Source: Tissierellia bacterium (GTDB taxonomy: Bacteria > Bacillota > Clostridia > Peptostreptococcales > Acidaminobacteraceae). Taken from it: DNA of 59,130 nt. This document shows positions 9,900 through 19,333 of this stretch, piece after piece. Within the stretch, counting starts at the first letter, position 1. Every line of letters starts with the position of its first letter. The stretch is from contig JAAYGQ010000102.1 of assembly GCA_012727635.1 (NCBI GenBank), positions 1-59,130 of the forward strand. Reading direction: 5' to 3'. The position numbers were made by a program, and so were the translations under genes. The notes under the pieces were generated by a model. The model saw nothing but the letters and a program-made list of their open reading frames with translations. It had not been told where the DNA came from and made no database searches.

Positions 9900-10796
9900 T
9901 TATTCCTTTATTCGGTGGACCTTACTCCTATCAAAGCGATCAACGGGGGCGGGAAACTCCTGGGGATAACCAAGGGCAATAATGTTAAAGGGAATAAGGG
10001 ACTCTTCCACATCCATAACTTCTCTTACATGACCCATTCTCTGCTCATCGGGATAGAGGCTCACCCAAACCGAACCAAGACCAATCTCCGTGGCTTCAAG
10101 TAGCACGTTTTGCGTAGCCGCAGCCAAATCCTGGGGCCAGCGCAGGGGGGATTTTAAGTTATCCATATTTCCTAGCATAATAAAACACAAAGGGGCATGA
10201 TCCAACATTTTTCCATAGTCCAGTCCCAGCGCTAGCTCTTTCATTATTTTCCTGTTTTCTAGAACAATAATTTCCCAGGGTTGCTGATTCTTAGCTGAGG
10301 GGGCTTGCATAGCCGCTCGTAGCAGTAGTTCTATTTTCTCTTCTTCCACGGCTCGCTGCCGATAGTGGCGAACACTTCTTCTTTCAAAGATTGGCCCACT
10401 GGGCTGATCATCCTTCCAAAGTAGTTTTTTTAGATGGCGATTGTCTCCCTGCTCCTGGACGCGGTAGAGTACCTCTCCGCTTTGTAAATTTTTCAACATG
10501 GTATCATGATTTTCTTCATCTTTATCAAATTTTCCTGTAAGATACCAAACCTCCATACCCCTAGGCAGTGGGTCATAGCTCTTAACCTCGGCGCCGACAA
10601 AATCCACACGACGGCCCTTTTTGATTTCACTTAGTAGATAAATATCACCCGAAGAAGGGATTTCTTCCAAGCGAAGCAAAAATTCTCTTTCCAACTCTTG
10701 GGGCGTTTTCTCTCCTTCACGGGCCCAAAGTCCCATAAGCATCATATTTCTTTTCATAGTCACCTCAATTTCTCCATGCTTTACTACTCTTTTCAT
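9900..10796 (-). CDS. Nitroreductase-family protein with an N-terminal GyrI-like (effector-binding) extension
   Basis: The C-terminal ~170 aa carry nitroreductase motifs (RRSVRHY, APSAKNQQPWE). The N-terminal ~120 aa resemble a GyrI/Cass2-like fold by pattern only. The start codon is uncertain. Confidence 0.7.
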   Translation of the reverse strand: MKRVVKHGEIEVTMKRNMMLMGLWAREGEKTPQELEREFLLRLEEIPSSGDIYLLSEIKKGRRVDFVGAEVKSYDPLPRGMEVWYLTGKFDKDEENHDTMLKNLQSGEVLYRVQEQGDNRHLKKLLWKDDQPSGPIFERRSVRHYRQRAVEEEKIELLLRAAMQAPSAKNQQPWEIIVLENRKIMKELALGLDYGKMLDHAPLCFIMLGNMDNLKSPLRWPQDLAAATQNVLLEATEIGLGSVWVSLYPDEQRMGHVREVMDVEESLIPFNIIALGYPQEFPAPVDRFDRSKVHRIKE

Positions 10797-10829
10797 ACCC
10801 TTTTATGCTAAAATAATAGCGGAGGAAGT

Positions 10830-11405
10830 ATGAAAAAAATCATTTTAGTGCTCCTACTACTGGGTCTTGTTTTTTATCTTAGCTCTTTAGATGTACAAAT
10901 TCTCGAGGAATTGGTTCTCTTAAGAAAGCCTGTTTTCACCTTTATAGCTCTTCTATTTGCCTTTATGGGTTCCTGGCGATTTTTGCTACCCTTCAACATC
11001 CTTTTTGCTCTTTATTTTAAAAAAGAAAAGCCCTATAATCTTCTGGTTCCTCTGGGTACTCTGGGCTGCTGGATCATCAATCATCTCATCAAAGAAATTT
11101 TTCGCCGCCCTAGACCGCAAATTCCCGCTCTTGCCATTGAAAATAGCTTTTCTTTTCCCAGTGGCCATGCCATGGTCACCAGTTGCTTTGTTCTTCTGCT
11201 GGCCTATTTTATAAAGGAACACTGGGGTAAAGATATTCCTATACCGGCCACCCTCTATATAAGCACTATGCTCCTAAGTAGACTCTATCTGGGAGTTCAC
11301 TACCCCAGCGATGTATTTGTTGGGGCCGCTCTGGGCCTGGCCACGGCCTGGGCACTACAAAGATACTTCGGAGGAAAACATGATCGCTCGAACAACAAGG
11401 GGTAA
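10830..11405 (+). CDS. PAP2-family phosphatase (undecaprenyl-diphosphatase-like)
   Basis: Acid-phosphatase motifs KEIFRRPRP, PSGH and SRLYLGVHYPSDV in a multi-TM protein. GGAGGAAG ribosome-binding site. Confidence 0.85.
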   Translation: MKKIILVLLLLGLVFYLSSLDVQILEELVLLRKPVFTFIALLFAFMGSWRFLLPFNILFALYFKKEKPYNLLVPLGTLGCWIINHLIKEIFRRPRPQIPALAIENSFSFPSGHAMVTSCFVLLLAYFIKEHWGKDIPIPATLYISTMLLSRLYLGVHYPSDVFVGAALGLATAWALQRYFGGKHDRSNNKG

Positions 11406-12402
11406 TTTTACCGACCTTACATACAATGGCCATGTGGTCATAGCCGACACCCAGGGAAGGATTCTTTATTATCATGGAGACCCCTTTCGCTTTAGCTTTG
11501 CCCGTAGTTCGACCAAGCCCTTCCAAGCGCTTTTGGCTTTGGAAAGTGGCGCCCTGGATTACTATGGAATTACTGATAAAGAACTGGCCATTATGTGCGG
11601 CAGTCACGGTGGCACCGCAGAACACGCTGACACGGTCTTAGGGCTTCTTCAAAAGGGAGGCCTTAGCCCAAAACATCTTCAGTGCGGCAGCCATCCTCCT
11701 TTAATGAAAAAAGGAAGAATAGAACTAGCCGAGGCCGGTGAAGAAGCTTCGGCCCTTCATAATAACTGCTCAGGAAAACACGGCGCTATGCTATTGAGCG
11801 CAGCCTTTCTCGGAGAAGATCTTAAGAGTTATACGGAAGCTTCCCATCCCCACCAGCAAAGAATACTTAAACTCCTAGGAGAATTCACATCCATGGACCC
11901 AGAACTTTTTGGCATTGCCATGGACGGCTGTGGAGTGCCAGTCCACGCAGCCCCTCTTTATAAATGGGCCCAGGCCTTTGCCCGCCTTGATGACCCTAGA
12001 GGGTTTAGCGAAAAAAGACAGCAGTGCCTGGCTCGCGTCACTGGAGCCATGGCACAGTATCCCGAGATGATCTCAGGAGAAGGACGGCTTTGTACCGACC
12101 TCATGATTCATCTTAAAGACAAGGTCATCGCCAAGGGGGGTGCCAATGCCTTTTACGCCCTGGCCATTAAAAACCAGGGACTTGGACTAGCCATAAAAAT
12201 AGAAAGCGGAGAGAGCAATCTCCTGCCGGGCATCGTCCTTGATTCACTTCTTCAAATTGGAATCATCACTCCCCAGGAAATGATTCCCTTTATGAATTTC
12301 CTAGACCAAAAAATTACCAATCATCAGGGCAAAGTTGTTGGTGAAACCCTAATCGACTTTAAACTAGAGTGCAACCGGGAGAATTTAGCCCCCCTTCTAT
12401 AA
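11380..12402 (+). CDS. Asparaginase II-like family protein (PF06089-like)
   Basis: Start taken at the ATG at 11380 with a GGAGGA ribosome-binding site. The pattern FARSSTKPFQAL...CGSHGG...CSGKH is typical of the Rhizobium-type asparaginase family. Confidence 0.7.
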   Translation: MIARTTRGNFTDLTYNGHVVIADTQGRILYYHGDPFRFSFARSSTKPFQALLALESGALDYYGITDKELAIMCGSHGGTAEHADTVLGLLQKGGLSPKHLQCGSHPPLMKKGRIELAEAGEEASALHNNCSGKHGAMLLSAAFLGEDLKSYTEASHPHQQRILKLLGEFTSMDPELFGIAMDGCGVPVHAAPLYKWAQAFARLDDPRGFSEKRQQCLARVTGAMAQYPEMISGEGRLCTDLMIHLKDKVIAKGGANAFYALAIKNQGLGLAIKIESGESNLLPGIVLDSLLQIGIITPQEMIPFMNFLDQKITNHQGKVVGETLIDFKLECNRENLAPLL

Positions 12403-12419
12403 AGCAAGGAAGGCCTTCT

Positions 12420-13712
12420 ATGATAAAAATCGTTTTTTTTGATGTAGACGGTACGCTACTAAGCGAAAAAAGCCTCAGGATTCCCCCCAGTGCAGTCTAC
12501 AGCCTAGGGGAACTTCAAAAAAAGGGGATAAAAATAATTGCCGCCACGGGCCGCGGCCCCTATGTATCCCATCTTTTAGAAAAAGAAACCGGCCTAATTT
12601 TCGATGGATATATTAGTCTCAATGGTCAGTACTGCTTCACCGCTAAAGAGATTTTGTACAAAGAAGCGATAGATAAAACGGATATCTTCAAGCTCGGAGA
12701 ATTTTTAGAAAATAACTCGGTAAGCTGCGATTTTCTCGGCGAAGACTTTATCCTTAGAAACAAAGAATCAAAGGAAGCAAACCTTTCTGATAGCCATCTA
12801 GGCGAAATGGCTTCTCCCTTTATATACAGTCCTCTCTCCCAGATTTTAGATAGAACTATCTATCAAATAAAGGCCTATATTCCTCAGAAACGGGATAGAG
12901 AACTTGAAGAGCTACTTCCTGCCAGTTCTCTTCTTCGCTGGAAGGAGCTTTATACCGCCATCTTTGCAAAAAATGGGGGGAAACACCAAGGAGTAAAAAT
13001 CTTTTTAAATCACTTTGGTCTAGAAAAGAACGAAAGCCTGGGCTTTGGCAATGGGAGTAACGATCTTCTGTTTTTCAACGAAATCGGTTCTAGTATTGCC
13101 ATGGCCGATTCTCCAAGGCTTCTTAAAGAAAAAGCCTCCTATATTAGCTCTGCCCCCGACGAGGATGGGATCTATGAGGGACTTCTGAAATTTGAATTGA
13201 TTCCCCAAGCAGAACTTTGGGACGCCCTTTATGAAGACGAAACTCCTGCAGGCTTTTACCTTGTAAGAAACCTAGCCATTGCCAAGGGCTACTACCATCT
13301 GGTTGTGGAAGTAATCATCTCCCATCAGGACGGTGACTATCTGCTTGTGCGCCGCTCCAAGGAAAAAAACAAACTTCCGGGAAGGTGGGAGTCTTCGGCC
13401 AGCGGCAGCGCTCTGCCGGGCGAAAGCTCTTTGGAAGCAGCTAAAAGGGAAGTCAAAGAAGAAACCGGCATTGATAGAGGCGATTTTACCTTTTTAAGTC
13501 GCCGGGTGTATCCTGAGCTTGGAGCCATTTTCCATGATTATCACTGCTTGACGGACTTTGATAAAAACGCTCTAGTGATGCAAAAAGGCGAAACCGACCA
13601 GTATCGCTGGCTAAGTAAAAAGGATTTTCTAAGCTTTATGGACTCCGATAAGTCCATCCCCTGGCAAAAAGATCATCTCAATCCCTATCTTTTAAAAATC
13701 AAAAAGGAGTAG
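12420..13712 (+). CDS. Fusion protein: Cof-type HAD phosphatase + NUDIX hydrolase
   Basis: N-terminal FFDVDGTL and GNGSND motifs (HAD-IIB). The C-terminal Nudix box is GSALPGESSLEAAKREVKEETGI. AAGGAAGG ribosome-binding site before the ATG at 12420. Confidence 0.8.
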   Translation: MIKIVFFDVDGTLLSEKSLRIPPSAVYSLGELQKKGIKIIAATGRGPYVSHLLEKETGLIFDGYISLNGQYCFTAKEILYKEAIDKTDIFKLGEFLENNSVSCDFLGEDFILRNKESKEANLSDSHLGEMASPFIYSPLSQILDRTIYQIKAYIPQKRDRELEELLPASSLLRWKELYTAIFAKNGGKHQGVKIFLNHFGLEKNESLGFGNGSNDLLFFNEIGSSIAMADSPRLLKEKASYISSAPDEDGIYEGLLKFELIPQAELWDALYEDETPAGFYLVRNLAIAKGYYHLVVEVIISHQDGDYLLVRRSKEKNKLPGRWESSASGSALPGESSLEAAKREVKEETGIDRGDFTFLSRRVYPELGAIFHDYHCLTDFDKNALVMQKGETDQYRWLSKKDFLSFMDSDKSIPWQKDHLNPYLLKIKKE

Positions 13713-13736
13713 CACTTTTATGCGCTACTCCTTTTT
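13701..13736. terminator. Bidirectional rho-independent terminator
   Basis: AAAAA-GGAGTAGC-loop-GCTACTCC-TTTTT between convergent genes. Confidence 0.75.
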
Positions 13737-13752
13737 AGATTGCAGATCTTCT

Positions 13753-14763
13753 TTATAGACCAGTCTTATTCTTTTTTCTCATGGCTTTAACGAAAAAGCC
13801 CACTGCCAGCGCTAGCGCCCCTAGAAGGAGTAAGAAAGTCCAGTTATAGACGATAAAGAGTAAACTATTTTCAAGAAATCTCCAAAAGCCTGCAAGGCCT
13901 TCGCTGAAACTGTCCTTGACCTTCTGAACAAAGCCTTTTTCCGTAAAGACTTTAACCTGGATAAAATCTACATAGTAGGTATCCAACTCTATCTGTTGAT
14001 CCAGATCCTTTAGATAGGCCTGAAGTTGTTCTCTTTCAAACTGCAGGTCCATGATCATACTTTCTACGGCAATTAAATCTTCTAAGCTCTCCGCTTTTTC
14101 AAGAAGTTCCATTAACTTATCTTCTTTGGCTTTTAGCAGCGCAGCCCTTGCCTCGGTATCTTTGTAGCTCTTTGTAACATTGTCCTGTTGTTTAGAAAAA
14201 TACAACATCTGTCCTAGTTTTTCCAGCTCGGATTCTACCACATCGGCTTTTTCCCTAGGAATTCTCAAAATATAGTAGGCACTGGCCTCTTCACCCACTA
14301 CCATTTTTCCACTTTGCTGAGCATTTTCTATAAAGCCACCCTCTTTTTTAACTAGAGCTTCTAGCTGGTCCAAGCTGGCTTTGATGTCTTTGGTTTCAAT
14401 GCGTAAATTGTAAGTGTGAATAATTTTTTCGCCGCTGTTACTCTCATCACTACTTACCCCACTGTCGGATTTAAGCTCTTCCATGGGAGCTTCGGCCGCA
14501 GAGGCCACTTCACCCTCATATCCCCCCGACATATAGTCCCTAGATTCCTCCTGGGGAGCTGCTGCATACTTTGCTCCGGGAAGGATTCCCTGGGCAAAAA
14601 CCAGAAGCACCAGAGCCGCTGCTATACCGGCCAAGCCTAAATACCAATTCTTTTTCCCCTTCATCGCTTTTCTCCTTTTAGGATTTGGGAGCTTTTGATA
14701 ATGCTCCACCAGGGACAGTTCATACTCTTTTAGCGCTTTGTCTAAATCCTTCTCAAAATTCAT
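13753..14763 (-). CDS. DUF4349-domain membrane protein, probable anti-sigma factor
   Basis: Short cytoplasmic N-terminus, one TM, an extracytoplasmic coiled-coil DUF4349-like region and a C-terminal TM. Its start overlaps the ECF sigma stop by 4 nt. Confidence 0.6.
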   Translation of the reverse strand: MNFEKDLDKALKEYELSLVEHYQKLPNPKRRKAMKGKKNWYLGLAGIAAALVLLVFAQGILPGAKYAAAPQEESRDYMSGGYEGEVASAAEAPMEELKSDSGVSSDESNSGEKIIHTYNLRIETKDIKASLDQLEALVKKEGGFIENAQQSGKMVVGEEASAYYILRIPREKADVVESELEKLGQMLYFSKQQDNVTKSYKDTEARAALLKAKEDKLMELLEKAESLEDLIAVESMIMDLQFEREQLQAYLKDLDQQIELDTYYVDFIQVKVFTEKGFVQKVKDSFSEGLAGFWRFLENSLLFIVYNWTFLLLLGALALAVGFFVKAMRKKNKTGL

Positions 14764-15236
14764 TGTCCCTCCTCTCCATAATAGACACTCTGCAGTTTGT
14801 CTCTGGCTCTTTCTTTTCGCTTACGTACCGTGGCTGGGGCAATATCGAGAATTTTTGCTATCTCTGCGTCGCTGTAACCATGTACATAGCTCAGTAAGAG
14901 AACCGTACTGTAGAGGGGACTCAGACTGTGTATGGCACTGATCAGTTCTCCCGAATGATCCATTGGCTCGCGAATATGGCTTGCCAAATCTTCTTCGCTG
15001 CCCAGGGCATATTTCTTTTGCCTATGATAAAACTCGTAGGCCTTATGCCGTGCCACCACTGTAATAAAGCCATGGGCCTTAGGGCTCTCAAGATCAATCT
15101 TCTCAAGATTTCTATTCAGTATAATCAGTGTTTCCTGAGTAGCATCCTCAGCAAGATAACTATCTTGCAAAATAGAATAGGAAAGCTTCCATATATAATT
15201 TTTATAAGCCTTGGCAATATTCTCTATGGTTGTCAA
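14760..15236 (-). CDS. ECF-type RNA polymerase sigma-70 family factor
   Basis: Region 2 (DATQETLI...) and a region 4 HTH (YSDAEIAKILDIAPATVRKR) are present. TTG start with a GAGGTGG ribosome-binding site. Confidence 0.85.
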   Translation of the reverse strand: MTTIENIAKAYKNYIWKLSYSILQDSYLAEDATQETLIILNRNLEKIDLESPKAHGFITVVARHKAYEFYHRQKKYALGSEEDLASHIREPMDHSGELISAIHSLSPLYSTVLLLSYVHGYSDAEIAKILDIAPATVRKRKERARDKLQSVYYGEEGQ

Positions 15237-15284
15237 TCTTCCACCTCTCTACACTACAAAGGGATAAATGGGGATAAATGTGAC

Positions 15285-15323
15285 AAGGAAGCAGAAATTC
15301 TGCTTCCTTGTTTTTGCTTTTTT
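15285..15323 (+). terminator. Strong hairpin plus T-tract, oriented on the plus strand
   Basis: AAGGAAGCAGAA/TTCTGCTTCCTT stem followed by GTTTTTGCTTTTTT on the plus strand. On the minus strand, where the genes lie, the trailing tract is poor. Confidence 0.5.
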
Positions 15324-15326
15324 AGA

Positions 15327-15719
15327 TTATCTATTTCTTAGACGCCTAACAACATAGCAAAATAGCATGAAAGCGCCTAGGGCCCTAGCTAAATCGCATT
15401 TCATATCACGGTCTTCGAACATATCCTCGACATGATCTTTGGCTTTGTTAAATTCCTTGTTTTCATAGAGCATATGTTTAATCTTTTCAGGACTCTTTGC
15501 CAGTTCATCAAAGAAAACCTTTCGCTGTCCTGAATCAAGATGAGACAGTTTTTCTACCACATTCTCGGCAAGATCCTTGCCATCGAAGCTAGCGATTCCT
15601 TTTTTAGCAACTTTTCCGGCCTCTTTGAACTCCCCATAACGAAGATGATCCACCACACGCTCTACGGGTGACATTCGCATACGTTTAAAACTTCTGATAA
15701 CACCATTCATATTTATCAC
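15327..15719 (-). CDS. Hypothetical protein with a C-terminal hydrophobic anchor
   Basis: 130-aa ORF. No family recognised. Confidence 0.4.
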   Translation of the reverse strand: MINMNGVIRSFKRMRMSPVERVVDHLRYGEFKEAGKVAKKGIASFDGKDLAENVVEKLSHLDSGQRKVFFDELAKSPEKIKHMLYENKEFNKAKDHVEDMFEDRDMKCDLARALGAFMLFCYVVRRLRNR

Positions 15720-15740
15720 TTCCTTTCTTAGTACTGTTTC

Positions 15741-16718
15741 TTATATACCCTGTAAAGCTAACCATTCAACCAAATCTCGAATTATATTTTTATCATTTAA
15801 TTTATTCGATAGAATATTCTCCAATACCTCTTTTTTAAATTCCATCCCTTCTAAGGCCAGGGCAAGCCCTGGGAAGTCCTCATTGACTAGGGCGTCGGTA
15901 AAGATTTTTGCTCTTTTTATCTTCCCTTTATTTAGGTCAAGAAACAGGGAAATCAGCCCCCAGTCAAAGCGCTGCTCCAGTTCCAGAGAAAAATTAGGCG
16001 TTTCTCCAATATTCCACTGCCAACTAAAATATTTATCGGCATAATCAAACTCCTCAAGAGACGACTCTTCAAGAATTTCCGCTTTTGCACCTCTACCCAG
16101 AGTGTTTTCAAAACTAGCAATAATAGAGGCTATCAGTTCCTCAAGCTTCATATCCGGGGCCAGTTCATAAAGATTGACCACTCTACTTTTAACACTGGTC
16201 ACTCCCTTGGCCTTCATTTTTAAGGGGTGGACGGTCAAATAATCTGCCATACGGCTAAGATCCACATCCAGTAGCAAAGTGCCATGGTGAACCCGGATGT
16301 TTTTATAAATACTATAGGCGTTGCCCGAAAATTTCCGTTCCCCTATTAGTAAATCATTTCGGCCACTAAAGTTTCCCTCCAGTCCGAAGGGTTTTAGTGC
16401 ATCTAGAATAATTTGAAAATTCATCTGCTGAGAGTAATTCTTTTCATGGGCGATAAAAGTATAATTCAAATTTCCAAGATCATGGAAGACAGCCCCGCCT
16501 CCACTTTGGCGACGCACTAAAACGACCCCATCTTCTTCAATCTTCTTTAAATCGCACTCTCTATGGGGATTTTGATTGCGACCAATAACAATGGTATTGT
16601 CATTTTGCCAAAGATAAAGGATATACTCCTCTTTTTCACACTGCCTTGTGAGCATTTCTTCCAGGGCAAGATTTACCCTGGGATCATGGCCCGAGGACAG
16701 AAATGTTTTCGTTTTCAT
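15741..16718 (-). CDS. lplA: Lipoate--protein ligase
   Basis: 325 aa with RRQSGGGAVFHDLGNLN, matching the LplA-family RRxSGGGAV(Y/F)HDxGN motif. Confidence 0.9.
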   Translation of the reverse strand: MKTKTFLSSGHDPRVNLALEEMLTRQCEKEEYILYLWQNDNTIVIGRNQNPHRECDLKKIEEDGVVLVRRQSGGGAVFHDLGNLNYTFIAHEKNYSQQMNFQIILDALKPFGLEGNFSGRNDLLIGERKFSGNAYSIYKNIRVHHGTLLLDVDLSRMADYLTVHPLKMKAKGVTSVKSRVVNLYELAPDMKLEELIASIIASFENTLGRGAKAEILEESSLEEFDYADKYFSWQWNIGETPNFSLELEQRFDWGLISLFLDLNKGKIKRAKIFTDALVNEDFPGLALALEGMEFKKEVLENILSNKLNDKNIIRDLVEWLALQGI

Positions 16719-16747
16719 AGGACTCCTTTCGATAAAAAAAGCTCTAA

Positions 16748-18010
16748 TTAAAGAGCCTCTTCTATATCGGCAATATCAATGCGAAGCCGATCGACTCGCA
16801 AATTATCCATGGCTAGCACTGTGACATGGACGTTTTCATAATCAAAGCTGTAACCGGCTTCGGGATATTCTTCGGAGTTTTCCATACACCAGCCGCCAAC
16901 GGTGTCGGAATCAAAGTCAAATTCATCTTCATCCCAGTCCATTAAATCTATAAGATCTGCAATGCTCATATCACCATCGAGCTCGTAGCATTTATCAGAA
17001 AGTCGGATGATTTCATCGTAAACTTCATCGGTTTCATCCCAAATCTCTCCTACCAGGGTTTCCATAATATCTTCAATGGTTATAATGCCAATATTGCCAC
17101 CGTAATCATCGGTTACAACCCCTAGATGCATCTGAGATTGGCGAAGCTTTTCAAGGGCTAAAGGAAGTTTTGTTGTTCTATAGAGATAACTGGCAGGCTT
17201 TAGAAGACTTCTTATATCCAGCTCAGGTTCATCAATAATCTTTCTGTAAAAATGATTCATGTACAAAATCCCCACAATGTTGTCTATGCTCTTATCGTAC
17301 ATAGGGATCCGCGTATAGGGCGATGCCTGAATTTGTTCTAGGATTTCCTCGCGCTCATCATCGAGATCAATGGCGTACATATCTACTCTAGGAATCAAAA
17401 TTTCACTAACGGAGCGCTCGGCAAAGTCCAGTGCAGAGCTAATTATATTTTTTCTGTTTTCATCTATAATGCCTTCGTGTTCCACGGTCTCAAGAAGGTT
17501 TACCAGTTCTTCTTCCACGGCCTCGGACTGCTCTTCGGGATCCAGTTCTTCTCCCTTAAATCGCCTTCTTAATAGTCCGATGATTGGTTCAGTTATCAAA
17601 AGAACTGGCGAGAAAAGAAGCATAAGTATGCGCAAAAAAGGAGCAGCAAAAAGCGCCATAGGAAGAGAATGTTTCGAGGCAATAATTTTTGGCGTAATTT
17701 CGCCAAAAATAAGAATCAAAAGGGTCATAACAAGGGCTGAGGCCGATACGGCTTTTGCCCCTATAAGACCAATGGCAAGATAGGTCGCCAGGGTCGACGC
17801 AGCAATATTAACAAGGTTGTTTCCTATTAAAATCGTGGCCAAAGCCCTTTCGTAGTGCGTATAAACATAATAAGCCAATGAAGCACGCTTGTTTTTTCCA
17901 TCTTGCATAGTTTCAAGGCGTACTTTATTAATAGAGGAATAGGCTATCTCCGATGCCGAAAAGAAGGCCGATAATAGAAGAAGGCCAATTATACTAAAGA
18001 TTACTCTCAT
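16748..18010 (-). CDS. CNNM/CorC-type (hemolysin-family) membrane protein: DUF21 + CBS pair + CorC_HlyC
   Basis: N-terminal 4-TM DUF21, a CBS pair, and an acidic C-terminal transporter-associated domain. Confidence 0.85.
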   Translation of the reverse strand: MRVIFSIIGLLLLSAFFSASEIAYSSINKVRLETMQDGKNKRASLAYYVYTHYERALATILIGNNLVNIAASTLATYLAIGLIGAKAVSASALVMTLLILIFGEITPKIIASKHSLPMALFAAPFLRILMLLFSPVLLITEPIIGLLRRRFKGEELDPEEQSEAVEEELVNLLETVEHEGIIDENRKNIISSALDFAERSVSEILIPRVDMYAIDLDDEREEILEQIQASPYTRIPMYDKSIDNIVGILYMNHFYRKIIDEPELDIRSLLKPASYLYRTTKLPLALEKLRQSQMHLGVVTDDYGGNIGIITIEDIMETLVGEIWDETDEVYDEIIRLSDKCYELDGDMSIADLIDLMDWDEDEFDFDSDTVGGWCMENSEEYPEAGYSFDYENVHVTVLAMDNLRVDRLRIDIADIEEAL

Positions 18011-19281
18011 GATACAACCTCCTCATCTTCTGGAGGTAGGCACACAAAAAGTTTCATTATTCTTCTGTTATCCATTTTTGAAATTTCAATATCCATTCCC
18101 ATATAGTCCATTTTGTCGCCGGGTGAAGGGATCCGGCCCAAGCTCTCATAGACCCAGGTTCCTATACTCTCATGGGCAACGTCGTCAAGGTCGTGTTCAT
18201 CAAGACCCAGTCTTTCAAAGACTTCCCCGACATTGACCGAGGCATCGACTTCAAAACAGCCTCTTCCTATTTCATGGAAATAATCTACGGCGATGTCATC
18301 TTCGTCCCAAATCTCACCCACTAATTCCTCGAGTATATCCTCAACGGTAATAAGGCCCACTACTCCACCAAAGGTGTTGGTAACAAGACCGACATTGACC
18401 TTCTCCCTACTCATTTCGGGAAGTAGATCGTCGATGTTTGTACTGCTGAATACAAAAAAAGGCGGATCAATAAAGTCCATAATATTAGCGGCTTTTCCCA
18501 GCTGATAGCTGGCACGAAGATAACGTCTTATTTGAAGCACACCGATGGTATTGTCAATACTGTGTTCATACACTGGTATTCTCGAATGTTTTGTATTCTT
18601 TATGGTTTTAAAGATTTCTTCGGGATCATCGGTGGCGTCCACAGCAACAATATCCGTACGCACCGTAAGGATATTTTCTACGGTTTTGTCACCGAAATTA
18701 AGGGCTGTGTGTACCCAGTGGCCCTTTTGATCTTCCATGGCATCTTCATTTTTAATTGTTTCGATTATATTGTAAAACTCTTCTTCGGTTACGGTTTTCC
18801 TGTTTTCATCATAAAAGAGTTTTGAAATAAAATTCCCCAGCGCCGTAAGCACAAAGGAAATGGGTCTAAAAATAAGAGTTAGAAAGTAAAGTAGAGGTGA
18901 CACCAAAAGCGACGCCGACTCACTATAAGCCTTAGCCAGGGTCTTTGGTAGCATCTCACTGATTAAAAACACTATAATTGTAATGACAAGGGTTGAATAA
19001 ATAAGAGCACCGGTCCCCCAAAGTTTTGTTACCAGAAGGGCAGCAAAGGAAGCCGTAAAAACATGTGCAATATTATTGCCGATTAGAATTGTACTAAGGG
19101 CCCCATCAAAATGATGAAGTAAATAGAGTGTTTTGGAAGCTCTCTTGTCCCCCTTGTCAGCGCGTATTTTTATGCGGGCCTGATTGACTGAAGCTAGAGA
19201 AATCTCAGCTGCTGCAAAAAAGCCGCCAAGGGCGATAAAAAAAAGTAGTAAAGCGTAAAGCCACCACTCGACTTCGTCCAT
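18007..19281 (-). CDS. CNNM/CorC-type membrane protein (paralogue of the downstream gene)
   Basis: Same architecture as 16748-18010, with a 4-nt overlap between the two genes. Confidence 0.85.
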   Translation of the reverse strand: MDEVEWWLYALLLFFIALGGFFAAAEISLASVNQARIKIRADKGDKRASKTLYLLHHFDGALSTILIGNNIAHVFTASFAALLVTKLWGTGALIYSTLVITIIVFLISEMLPKTLAKAYSESASLLVSPLLYFLTLIFRPISFVLTALGNFISKLFYDENRKTVTEEEFYNIIETIKNEDAMEDQKGHWVHTALNFGDKTVENILTVRTDIVAVDATDDPEEIFKTIKNTKHSRIPVYEHSIDNTIGVLQIRRYLRASYQLGKAANIMDFIDPPFFVFSSTNIDDLLPEMSREKVNVGLVTNTFGGVVGLITVEDILEELVGEIWDEDDIAVDYFHEIGRGCFEVDASVNVGEVFERLGLDEHDLDDVAHESIGTWVYESLGRIPSPGDKMDYMGMDIEISKMDNRRIMKLFVCLPPEDEEVVS

Positions 19282-19333
19282 AGGGTATTTTTCCTCCTTT
19301 TTAAATAAACATAAAATTTTAACAAGTAGTTAA

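Noticed and set aside
11266-11625. 119-aa minus-strand ORF, and the longer 11311 start for the asparaginase-like gene.
   Set aside because: The minus ORF is antisense to two supported genes. The ATG at 11380 has a GGAGGA site and matches the expected family N-terminus, whereas the 11311 start would overlap PAP2 by 95 nt.
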